DNA of 64,000 nucleotides, from assembly GCA_045661345.1 (NCBI GenBank), contig JAZRFM010000016.1, positions 3,626 through 67,625 of the forward strand. The letters run 5' to 3'. Below the pieces are notes generated by a model. It ran no database searches. It saw only the letters and a list, made by a program, of their open reading frames with translations, and had not been told where the DNA came from. Both the position numbers and the translations under genes were made by a program. The stretch is from Lachnospiraceae bacterium (lineage in GTDB: Bacteria > Bacillota > Clostridia > Lachnospirales > Lachnospiraceae). This document shows, one piece after another, positions 8,293 to 16,725 of this stretch. Position 1 is the first letter of the stretch; each line of letters starts with the position of its first letter.

Positions 8293-11200
8293 ATGGATGA
8301 GATGAATAGAAGCCGCATGAGAAACAACGCTTTCGCAATGGACGAAAAACAGTCCCAGCTGCAGCGCGATCTGGGAATGATCACGCGTGAACGAATGAAT
8401 CCCCTCTTTATGGAGAATCAGACAAATCAGGTCGATTTCGGATTCGAGATGATCGAGTACGTTTCCGAACAGCAGGTGGCGGCAAATACATTAAAAATCA
8501 ACCGCCTTTTGGATAATGCCGGGGATCTTCATCTCTCGGCCGCACAACGGACAGATCTTGAGATCCGGAGAAACCGGAATCTGGATTTTGAGCTTGTCAA
8601 TGATCAGTCAAAGTCGAAAGACAGTGACGAAATGAAGACTGTCAAGAACGATATCCGGGAATTTGAAAGAATCCTGTATCAGTCTGCCAAAACGGAGGAA
8701 GAGCGTCAGCAGATGATTGCCGATGCGATGGCACACTGCCAGAGGACGATTGCCGATTGCAATACCTATCTGAAAAAGGGGAAATCTTTCTTTTTCTGGA
8801 GGCAAGGTCGTTATGATCAGGTCGCAGCGGCAAAAGAGCGGTTTCAAAAAGACTACGATACCTTCTTGAAGCTTTTTGATGCGTCTGATACGATGAAAAC
8901 AGGGTTCCGCGCCAATGACAGACTGATCGATCTGATGAATGTGGAAGCGGTCAATGAACGGGTAGCGCAGAAGGCTATGGAGGAAGCTGAAGAGGAGTAC
9001 CAGAGGGAGAAGTATCAGGAACAGAAGACAGAGGAAGAATACGAGTACGAAGAGGGGGATTCGTTCGAAGAGATTCCGGCGGAAGAACAGGGGCAATATC
9101 AGGAACAGAAGACAGAGGAAGAATACGAGTACGAAGAGGGGGACTCATTCGAGGAGATTCCGGCGGAAGAACAGGAGCTATATCAGGAGCAGAAAGAAGA
9201 GCCCTGGCGCGAATGGGGAGGAGAAGCAGTACCATTTGAGCAGGAGCAGCAGCAAGAAGAGCAGCAGCAAGAAGAACAGCAGCAAGAAGAACGGCAACAG
9301 CAGCAGAAAGAGGAGCCCTGGCGCGAATGGGGAGGAGAAGCAGTACCATTTGAGCAGGAGCAGAAAGAGGAGCCCTGGCGCGAATGGGGAGGAGAAGCGG
9401 TACCATTTGAGCAGGAGCAGCAGCAAGAAGAGCAGCAAGAAGAACAGCAGCAGGAGCAGAAAGAAGAGCCCTGGCGCGAATGGGGAGGAGAAGCAGTACC
9501 ATTTGAGCAGGAGCAGCAGCAGGAAGAGCAGCAGCAAGAAGAGCAGCAACAGCAACAGCAAGAAGAACAGCAGCAACAGCAGCAGCAAGAACAACAGCAG
9601 CAACAGGAATTATATGGAACGAAAGTGCTGGATCAGCTGAAGAATCTGGCGAAAACGCCGGAAATGCAAGCGATCGAAGCTGCGATTACAGATATTCAAA
9701 CCGAGATGGCGAAGGAGATGCCCGCCGTCCAGGTGATGCAGGATAAGGATCAAGAGAAGAAAGCAGAACGCCGCGCGCGCAAAGGCAAGGATGGTGTGGA
9801 TGCTCTTTGCGTGAAAATGGTCAGACTTTTTGGCGCATTGGATCAGCGCATTAATGATTGCCTGAAGAAGGAAAATGGTGCGGGATATGGAGGAAATGAC
9901 GCATTAAAGGATATTCTGGAGAACCTTCGGGAACAGACGAAGGTGGATCGTACCCAATTCAAGGATAAGGTTGTTCAATATCGTTCCTATATCGCAGGGA
10001 ATGCAGAAGAAGCCGCCAAAAATCATTCATGGTTTGATGCATGGAAATATGTCCGTAGCGTTTCTTATGATCTGGATGAGAAAGACAATGGATTGGAAAC
10101 CGTAACCGTGGGAGCAGGTGCTTCGATGATTACGTTAGTCAAGGATACAAAGAAGAAACAAAAGGTTTATTTCCGTCAGGGAGAGAACGCAGGAGGATGG
10201 AATTCGGAGGAGCTGGTGAAAAACTTTATGGAGTCTATCAAAGGAGAAATCCAGCTCGACGACGTCACGAAAGAGGATCTCAAGAAGGCATTTGGACATT
10301 TATTCCCCCAAAATGTACTGGACGAGGTCAAGGACGCATACAGGAAGGCGAATGAAGCAAAGCTAGAACGTGCGATAGACAAATTGGACGAATTCAGAGT
10401 AAGCCAATATCGGAGTAGTGATGTCAGGAAAAATATAGATGGGTTTGTTCAGACCGCTGCCTGTCCGGGAATACTCAAGGAGATGTACCGGAATGCAACC
10501 GATAAAGTCAGAACAGAGATAGGAAAAGCCTTTACCTTATTTGCGAAGAAGCATTTCCAGTGGAGTTTTTCAGTTGGCTCTGCGAGAATCGATCCGGAGC
10601 AAAGTCTCACAGACCGAAATGTTGCGACAAGCAGGTTGGCCGGCTTGCTCGGGCTTAGTTCCATGATCAGCGATTCCAGAACAGCCGTGATCAAAAAGGA
10701 TGGAAAAGAGGTCATGGGAAATGTGATGGAGGACTCAAGGGGGAAAACAACATCTCAAATGAGGGGTGACTGGACCTACTCTGATAAGGCGATCGGCCAA
10801 GCGTATACGTTGCAGGTCTTTGATATGATATGCGGGCAGATTGACCGGCATCACGGGAACTATCATATCATCGAAAAGAACAGGAATGTGAACAGCATCA
10901 AGGCAATCGACAACGATATGTCCTTCGGAAAGCTGACGTGGGATACCATTGCAGAAGGGCACGAGAATATCTCGCCGCTTACGGAAAGTCATATGCGGGC
11001 AATGCCAATCGCGGTAATCAACCAGATACTTTCGCTGGATAAAAAGATTTTGCAGGAGGCGCTTGGTGATGTCCTGGACAGTGACAGCATGAATTATTTG
11101 CTGGATCGACTTGGAGGTGTACAAAGAACCATCATGGAATATGCCGAAAATCCCGAGTCCGGACTTCAGATAAGCGCGGACGGCAAGGCAGCCGAGTTCA

Positions 11201-11352
11201 CCGGAGAAGATAAGGACGACACGCTGCGGATGCTGAAAGCGGTCAGAAAAAACAGGGATGCCCGCACCTTAATCTGGTGGGATAACCTTACGGAAAAAAC
11301 CCTTGATGAGAAAATAGAGGCGAGAAAAAAGGAATTGGCGCAGAAAAAATAA
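8293..11352 (+). CDS. Large paralog B: family N-terminal domain, repeat/E-Q-rich linker, and a C-terminal PI3/PI4-kinase/HipA-like atypical kinase domain
   Basis: AAGGAGG RBS. The N-domain matches A. Gly-rich GAGASM (10111-10128), KVYFRQGE, catalytic-loop-like GQIDRHHGN (DRHHGN at 10843-10860), and metal-loop-like AIDNDMSFG (IDND at 10906-10917). Confidence 0.85.
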   Translation: MDEMNRSRMRNNAFAMDEKQSQLQRDLGMITRERMNPLFMENQTNQVDFGFEMIEYVSEQQVAANTLKINRLLDNAGDLHLSAAQRTDLEIRRNRNLDFELVNDQSKSKDSDEMKTVKNDIREFERILYQSAKTEEERQQMIADAMAHCQRTIADCNTYLKKGKSFFFWRQGRYDQVAAAKERFQKDYDTFLKLFDASDTMKTGFRANDRLIDLMNVEAVNERVAQKAMEEAEEEYQREKYQEQKTEEEYEYEEGDSFEEIPAEEQGQYQEQKTEEEYEYEEGDSFEEIPAEEQELYQEQKEEPWREWGGEAVPFEQEQQQEEQQQEEQQQEERQQQQKEEPWREWGGEAVPFEQEQKEEPWREWGGEAVPFEQEQQQEEQQEEQQQEQKEEPWREWGGEAVPFEQEQQQEEQQQEEQQQQQQEEQQQQQQQEQQQQQELYGTKVLDQLKNLAKTPEMQAIEAAITDIQTEMAKEMPAVQVMQDKDQEKKAERRARKGKDGVDALCVKMVRLFGALDQRINDCLKKENGAGYGGNDALKDILENLREQTKVDRTQFKDKVVQYRSYIAGNAEEAAKNHSWFDAWKYVRSVSYDLDEKDNGLETVTVGAGASMITLVKDTKKKQKVYFRQGENAGGWNSEELVKNFMESIKGEIQLDDVTKEDLKKAFGHLFPQNVLDEVKDAYRKANEAKLERAIDKLDEFRVSQYRSSDVRKNIDGFVQTAACPGILKEMYRNATDKVRTEIGKAFTLFAKKHFQWSFSVGSARIDPEQSLTDRNVATSRLAGLLGLSSMISDSRTAVIKKDGKEVMGNVMEDSRGKTTSQMRGDWTYSDKAIGQAYTLQVFDMICGQIDRHHGNYHIIEKNRNVNSIKAIDNDMSFGKLTWDTIAEGHENISPLTESHMRAMPIAVINQILSLDKKILQEALGDVLDSDSMNYLLDRLGGVQRTIMEYAENPESGLQISADGKAAEFTGEDKDDTLRMLKAVRKNRDARTLIWWDNLTEKTLDEKIEARKKELAQKK
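9013..9180 (+). repeat. Two tandem in-frame 84-bp repeats, each encoding YQEQKTEEEYEYEEGDSFEEIPAEEQ..
   Basis: Units start at 9013 and 9097; a third partial unit starts at 9181. A few substitutions separate the copies. Confidence 0.9.
9187..9606 (+). repeat. Four copies of a ~57-bp in-frame unit (KEEPWREWGGEAVPFEQEQ), separated by variable CAG/CAA/GAA (Q/E) tracts and ending in a poly-Q run
   Basis: The CCCTGGCGCGAATGGGG cores start at 9202, 9316, 9373 and 9469, giving spacings of 114, 57 and 96 bp. Confidence 0.9.
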
Positions 11353-11369
11353 AGGGGTAATCAGCAGGC

Positions 11370-13544
11370 ATGAAAAAACCTTCCAAAAAGCATTCACTCG
11401 GACTGACCGGAAAACTGATACGATTTGTCGTGATTTTCGTCCTGTTTCTGGGGCTTGTGTTTTTTATCCTTGGCGCTATGCAGCTCAGGCAGCTCAGCAG
11501 AATAGCAGAGAGGGAAGAAAAAAAACAGGAGGAACTGGTACAGGAAAAATCCAGAGAGTCCTTGTCTGAGCTGACCCATGAAAGTCTTTATGAAGTGATT
11601 GCCTGGGCAGCAGACAGGACGGATGACGAATTCTTCATCCTGCAGCACGATCTGCGGGAGCTGGGGGAGCAGGTAAAAGATGTGCTCCGCTATCCGGAAA
11701 GGTATGAGACGCAGACGGTGGAACCGCCGAAAAAAGAGAATGACGGGAAATATGTCCTGCAGCTTCTGTGTCCGGGATCCTATGAGGACATTTCTCCGGA
11801 AACGATGGAGGCCATGGGCAAGCTCGCAAATCTCGCGCCTGCCATGCGGGAAATGGTGGAGGGTAACGCCGGCTTCACGCTGGACAATTTTATTGCATTG
11901 CCGGATGGCGTCAGTATTGCCATGGATGATCTTTCCGGTGGAAAATATGAGGAAAACGGAAAGATTCGTGAATACGATGCTGCGAGTCGGCCGTGGTTTC
12001 AATACGCGCTGGGGCAGGATGGTGTCATCTTTATCCCGGCGCATAGCCATTTCTATAATTTCAACGAGGTTATCTACAGCGTCCCGGTGTATATAGACGG
12101 GGAGCTTGCAGCCGTACTGGAGGGCTCCACCCGGCTGGATATTCTGGAGAAGATGCTGGCTGAACAGAATATCGGAGAAAGCGGCTTTTCCATTCTGGTT
12201 TCTGACGGAGGGCAGCTTGTCTGCTCTCCGAGAACAAGCGGGGAATTGGGAATGCGGGAGGATGTATCGGTGGATATCCGCCCGGAAATCAATGCAGGCC
12301 TGGCAGAGGCTATTAACAGGGGACTTGCCGGAGAACACGGTGTGATGGTGACGCAGGTGGACGGAGAGACTTATCATGTTGCCTATGACAGACTGGAGAC
12401 GATTGGCTGGACACAGCTGGCTTTTCTATCTTCGGAGGAACTCCATGCACCGGCTCAGAGCCTGGTGGAGGATATAGAATCCTCGACGCAGGATATGCTT
12501 TCCGCTCTGCGAAACCGTTTCCGAAATACCGCCATACTCATGATACTCCTGATTGCCGCTCTTGCCGCATTCTCCATTGTTACGGTCAGCTCTCTTGCAA
12601 AGAAACGCATAGAACCTGTCAAGCATATGACGAAAAAGGTTCGTAACTTCTTTGCGGATGAGAATATGGCCTTTGAAATGGAGGACATCTACAAGACCGG
12701 AGATGAGATCGAGACGCTGGCACACTCTTTTGCGATGCTGTCCAAAGAGATGAAGGATTATGTGGCGGAAAACGTACGGATCTCTGCGGAAAAAGAAAGG
12801 ATCGGCGCAGAACTGAATGTCGCCACCAGGATTCAGGAAGATATGCTGCCGAACATTTTCCCGATATTCCCGGATAGAAAAGAGTTTGAGCTTTATGCTT
12901 CGATGAATCCTGCCAAAGAAGTGGGCGGGGATTTCTATGATATGTTCCTGATCGATGAAGATCATCTGTGCATGGTCGTCGGGGATGTGTCGGGAAAAGG
13001 CGTCCCGGCGGCTCTTTTCATGGTGGTCTCCAAGACGATGCTCAAAAACCGTGCCCAGGCGGGCGGAAAGCCCTCAGAGATCCTGCACGATGTCAATAAC
13101 AGCCTGTGCGAGGGCAACAAGGAGCATATGTTTGTGACGGTATGGCTGGGGATCCTCACCATATCTACCGGAGAACTGATAGAAGCAAACGCGGGTCATG
13201 AATATCCGGCTCTTTGCCGGGCAGGTGGTGACTATGAGCTGTATGAGGATAACCATGGATTTGTCCTGGGTGGTATGAAAGATATGCCGTATCAGGATGA
13301 TGAGCTGGTGTTAAAAAAGGGAGATGTCCTGTTTATCTACACGGACGGCCTGCCGGAGGCGACCAACGGAAAAGGGGAGCGTCTGGAAGAAACGGGAATG
13401 CTTGCAGTACTGAATGCGCACAAGGGAGATACGACGAAACAGCTGTTGGAAAACATAGCAGTAGAGGTAAGCAGGTTTGTCGGTGACGCCCCGCAGTTTG
13501 ATGATCTGACCATGCTGATTCTGAGGTATGCGGGATCGGAATGA
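11370..13544 (+). CDS. Membrane sensor PP2C phosphatase (SpoIIE/RsbU family): TM, extracytoplasmic Cache-like domain, TM, HAMP, PP2C
   Basis: N-terminal TM LIRFVVIFVLFLGLVFFILG. Cache-like SRPWFQYA ... GWTQLAF. Second TM AILMILLIAALAAFSIV. PP2C motifs GGDFYD, VGDVSGKGVPAALFM, YTDGLPEA and QFDDLTML are present. Confidence 0.88.
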   Translation: MKKPSKKHSLGLTGKLIRFVVIFVLFLGLVFFILGAMQLRQLSRIAEREEKKQEELVQEKSRESLSELTHESLYEVIAWAADRTDDEFFILQHDLRELGEQVKDVLRYPERYETQTVEPPKKENDGKYVLQLLCPGSYEDISPETMEAMGKLANLAPAMREMVEGNAGFTLDNFIALPDGVSIAMDDLSGGKYEENGKIREYDAASRPWFQYALGQDGVIFIPAHSHFYNFNEVIYSVPVYIDGELAAVLEGSTRLDILEKMLAEQNIGESGFSILVSDGGQLVCSPRTSGELGMREDVSVDIRPEINAGLAEAINRGLAGEHGVMVTQVDGETYHVAYDRLETIGWTQLAFLSSEELHAPAQSLVEDIESSTQDMLSALRNRFRNTAILMILLIAALAAFSIVTVSSLAKKRIEPVKHMTKKVRNFFADENMAFEMEDIYKTGDEIETLAHSFAMLSKEMKDYVAENVRISAEKERIGAELNVATRIQEDMLPNIFPIFPDRKEFELYASMNPAKEVGGDFYDMFLIDEDHLCMVVGDVSGKGVPAALFMVVSKTMLKNRAQAGGKPSEILHDVNNSLCEGNKEHMFVTVWLGILTISTGELIEANAGHEYPALCRAGGDYELYEDNHGFVLGGMKDMPYQDDELVLKKGDVLFIYTDGLPEATNGKGERLEETGMLAVLNAHKGDTTKQLLENIAVEVSRFVGDAPQFDDLTMLILRYAGSE

Positions 13545-13668
13545 GTGAGGAGGAGCAGATCCCCCTGCGGGAGGATCTGTCAGAGAAAGATTTACATTTG
13601 TCTGAAAAAAAGGTATTATTTGGTTGATTATCCAAAATTTTCTAAAAAAGAGGCGTAGAACTTCCGAG

Positions 13669-15849
13669 ATGAAGAAAAAATCCAGGATCCTTCCAACAGG
13701 ATTGGCCGGAAAACTGATTCGATTTGTGGTGGTTTTTGTACTAAGCCTGGGGCTTGCGTTTCTCCTGATCTCCCATATACAGCTCAACACCCTCAACAGA
13801 ATGGTGGAGCAGGAGGAAGAGAAACAGGCGGTTCTGGTACAGGAAAAATCCATGCAGTCTGTATCGGAGCTGACGGAGGAAAGTCTCTCCGAAATGATCG
13901 CCTGGGCGGCGGACAAGACGGACGACGAGTTTTTTATTCTGCAGCATGATATCCTGGTACTCCGGCAGCAGGTGGAGGACGTGCTCCGTCATCCCGAAAG
14001 ATATGAGACCCTGTTGGTGGAGCCCCCGAAAAAAGAAAATACCGGCAAATACGTCCTCCAGCTGGACGGACCGGAAGAATATGAAGAGTTTTCGCCGGAA
14101 ACGATGGAAACCCTGGGGAAGTGTGCGAATCTGGGCCCGATGATGGCCGAGATGGTGCGGGGAAACGAAGGCTTCACGCTGGATAATGTGATTGCGACGC
14201 CGGATGGCGTCTGTATCGGCATGGACAATCTGTCCGGCGGAAAGTTTGATGAAAATGGAGAGGTCATTCCCTATGACGCAAGAGAGTTTCCCTGGTTTCA
14301 GGATGCCATCAGGGAGAATACCGTTGTGTTTTCTGTTACACACAGTCATTTTTATGACCTGAACGAGGTCATCTACAGTGTACCGGTATACGTGGACGGA
14401 AAGCTGGGTGCGGTGCTGGAGGGGTCTTCCCGCATGGATATTCTGGAGCGTAAGCTGACGGAACGGAATATCGGTAAGGGCGGGTTTTCCATTCTGGTTA
14501 CCGATAACGGGCAGCTGGTCTGCTCTCCCCGGACAGACGGTGAGCTGAAAATGAGAGAGGATGTGACGGAGGATATCCGTCCCGGGATCAATGGCGGTCT
14601 GGCAGAGGTCATCAACAAAGGACTTTCCGGTGAGACCGGCGTAACGCTGACGCAGGTGGACGGCAATTCCTATTATACTGCCTATGCACCTCTTAATACG
14701 ATTGGCTGGACCCAGCTCGCTTTTGTCTCCGAGGAGGAACTGCAAGCGCCGGCAAAGAATCTGGTTCAGGAGATGGAAGCGTCGACGGACGATATGCTCT
14801 CCACCCTGCGGCATGAATTCGCGAATTCGGCCGTCCTGACAGTGTTCATTCTGGCAGGCATCATCCTCTTTTCCATCCTGATTGTCGGTTCCCTTGCGAA
14901 AAAACGGGTAGAGCCCATCAAGCATATGACGATCAGGATCCGTAACTTCTTTACTGATGAAGCTATGGTCTTTGAAATGGAGGATATCTACAGAACCGGA
15001 GACGAGATTGAGACACTGGCGCGGTCATTTGAGATATTATCCGAGGAACTGAAGGAATACGTGGCGGAAAACATACGGATCTCTGCGGAAAAGGAGAGGA
15101 TCGGTGCCGAGCTGAATGTCGCCAAAAAGATTCAGGAGGATATGCTGCCGAATCTCTTCCCGATTTTCCCGGACAGGAAAGAGTTCGATATCTATGCTTC
15201 CATGAAGCCGGCCAAGGAAGTGGGGGGAGATTTCTATGATATCTTCCTGGTCGATGACGATCATCTTTGTGTGGTTGTGGGAGACGTCTCCGGGAAAGGA
15301 GTCCCTGCGGCGCTTTTCATGGTGATTTCCAAGACAATGCTGAAAAACCGTGCGCAGGCAGGCGGTAAGCCCTCCGAGATTCTGTACGATGTCAACAACA
15401 GCCTGCACGAGGGAAATAAAGAAAAAATGTTCGTGACAGTCTGGCTGGGGATCCTTACCATTTCCACCGGGGAGGTGGTATGGGCCAGTGCGGGACATGA
15501 ATATCCCGTCATCGGCCGGGCAGAGGGTGACTATGAACTGTACGAAGATAAACACGGATTTGTTCTGGGCGGCATGAAAGGGATGCCCTATCGTGACAAT
15601 GAGCTGGTGTTGAATCAGGGAGATGCGTTGTTCCTCTATACGGATGGTTTGCCGGAGGCCACCAATGCGAAGGGGCAGCGGCTGGAGGAAAAAGGAATGC
15701 TTGCGGCATTGAACGCGCACAGAACGGATACGACAGAACAATTGCTGAAAAATGTTGCGGAAGAAGTGAACCGGTTTGTCGGGGATGCGCCGCAGTTTGA
15801 TGACCTGACAATGTTGGTATTAACATACGGGGAATCTGTCACGGAATAA
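13669..15849 (+). CDS. Tandem paralog of the preceding gene with the same Cache-HAMP-PP2C architecture
   Basis: ATG at 13669 (MKKKSRILPTGLAGKLIRF) aligns with the start of the upstream paralog. All PP2C motifs are conserved. The sensor domains are visibly more diverged than the phosphatase domains. Confidence 0.88.
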   Translation: MKKKSRILPTGLAGKLIRFVVVFVLSLGLAFLLISHIQLNTLNRMVEQEEEKQAVLVQEKSMQSVSELTEESLSEMIAWAADKTDDEFFILQHDILVLRQQVEDVLRHPERYETLLVEPPKKENTGKYVLQLDGPEEYEEFSPETMETLGKCANLGPMMAEMVRGNEGFTLDNVIATPDGVCIGMDNLSGGKFDENGEVIPYDAREFPWFQDAIRENTVVFSVTHSHFYDLNEVIYSVPVYVDGKLGAVLEGSSRMDILERKLTERNIGKGGFSILVTDNGQLVCSPRTDGELKMREDVTEDIRPGINGGLAEVINKGLSGETGVTLTQVDGNSYYTAYAPLNTIGWTQLAFVSEEELQAPAKNLVQEMEASTDDMLSTLRHEFANSAVLTVFILAGIILFSILIVGSLAKKRVEPIKHMTIRIRNFFTDEAMVFEMEDIYRTGDEIETLARSFEILSEELKEYVAENIRISAEKERIGAELNVAKKIQEDMLPNLFPIFPDRKEFDIYASMKPAKEVGGDFYDIFLVDDDHLCVVVGDVSGKGVPAALFMVISKTMLKNRAQAGGKPSEILYDVNNSLHEGNKEKMFVTVWLGILTISTGEVVWASAGHEYPVIGRAEGDYELYEDKHGFVLGGMKGMPYRDNELVLNQGDALFLYTDGLPEATNAKGQRLEEKGMLAALNAHRTDTTEQLLKNVAEEVNRFVGDAPQFDDLTMLVLTYGESVTE

Positions 15850-15890
15850 GTCTGTATCACAGTTCGTATGGTAATCCAGGTGGAGAACGT

Positions 15891-16313
15891 ATGAAAGAAA
15901 TAAAGGTAGCGGCAGATCGCGGCAATATGCAAAAGGTGCTGGATTTTGTGGAGGATGAGATCAAACAGAATCCTGATTTCAGCCACACGGATTTACTCCA
16001 GATTCATATGGTCATTGATGAGATCTTTGGAAACATTGCATCCTACGCTTACGATGACAGCGGGGGCGATGTGAAGGTCATGATGGATTTCGACAAAGCA
16101 CAGGGAAATATGACACTTGTGTTTTCGGATGAGGGGAAGCCGTATAATCCCCTGCAGAATGAGGATCCGGATGTGACGCTGCCGGCAGATAAACGCAGAG
16201 TCGGCGGTCTGGGGATTTTTATGGTAAAAAATACAATGGATGAAATAGCATACGAAAACAAAGACGGCAGGAACATATTGACAATGAAAAAACAAGGAGG
16301 TAACCATGTTTAA
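15891..16313 (+). CDS. Anti-sigma-factor-type serine kinase (RsbW/SpoIIAB-like, HATPase_c)
   Basis: 140 aa. N-box EIFGNIASYAY, G1 DEGKPYNP, G2 GGLGIFMVKN. Confidence 0.85.
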   Translation: MKEIKVAADRGNMQKVLDFVEDEIKQNPDFSHTDLLQIHMVIDEIFGNIASYAYDDSGGDVKVMMDFDKAQGNMTLVFSDEGKPYNPLQNEDPDVTLPADKRRVGGLGIFMVKNTMDEIAYENKDGRNILTMKKQGGNHV

Positions 16314-16608
16314 CGTAAAAACAGAGATTTCAGGCGAATCAATTCTCATTTCACTGGAGGGGCTGCTGGATTCCCAGACTGCACCGGAGCTGACAGCTGT
16401 GCTGGACGAAAATCTGGGCAAGGTGAACAACATCCGGTTTGACTTTGCAAAACTTGAATATCTGACGAGCGCGGGACTGCGGGCAATTCTGGTGGCACAG
16501 CAGGAAATGAACGACAAGAACGGTGTCATGACCGTAACAAACATCTCGGACGATATTATGAAGATTTTTGAGATGACGGGGTTTGCTGATGTATTGACGA
16601 TTGTGTGA
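16306..16608 (+). CDS. STAS-domain anti-sigma-factor antagonist (RsbV/SpoIIAA-like)
   Basis: 100 aa. The phospho-acceptor context FAKLEYLTSAGLRAIL is present. Its start overlaps the kinase gene by 8 nt. Confidence 0.88.
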   Translation: MFNVKTEISGESILISLEGLLDSQTAPELTAVLDENLGKVNNIRFDFAKLEYLTSAGLRAILVAQQEMNDKNGVMTVTNISDDIMKIFEMTGFADVLTIV

Positions 16609-16725
16609 AAAAATCGGAAAGACACATAACTTTCCGCTTGAGCCTGCCAAAGAATCTGCAAAATGGTATAATGAAAGTGATCTCCCTTCTTTCGCGGCTA
16701 GGGAGTGTTTCAGGAGGAGCCAGAC

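Noticed and set aside
9013-9606. Whether the regularly spaced direct repeats could be a CRISPR array.
   Set aside because: The repeats are in-frame within a long CDS. The 'spacers' are simple CAG/GAA tracts, the unit lengths of 84 and 57 bp do not fit CRISPR, and no cas genes or leader are present.
8975-9640. Alternative-frame and antisense ORFs inside the repeat tracts: 8975-9502, 9178-9603 and 9236-9640, and likewise 19453-19839 and 19545-19991.
   Set aside because: They are artefacts of CAG/GAA-type repeats, which are open in several frames. Only the frame continuous with the flanking conserved domains is credible.
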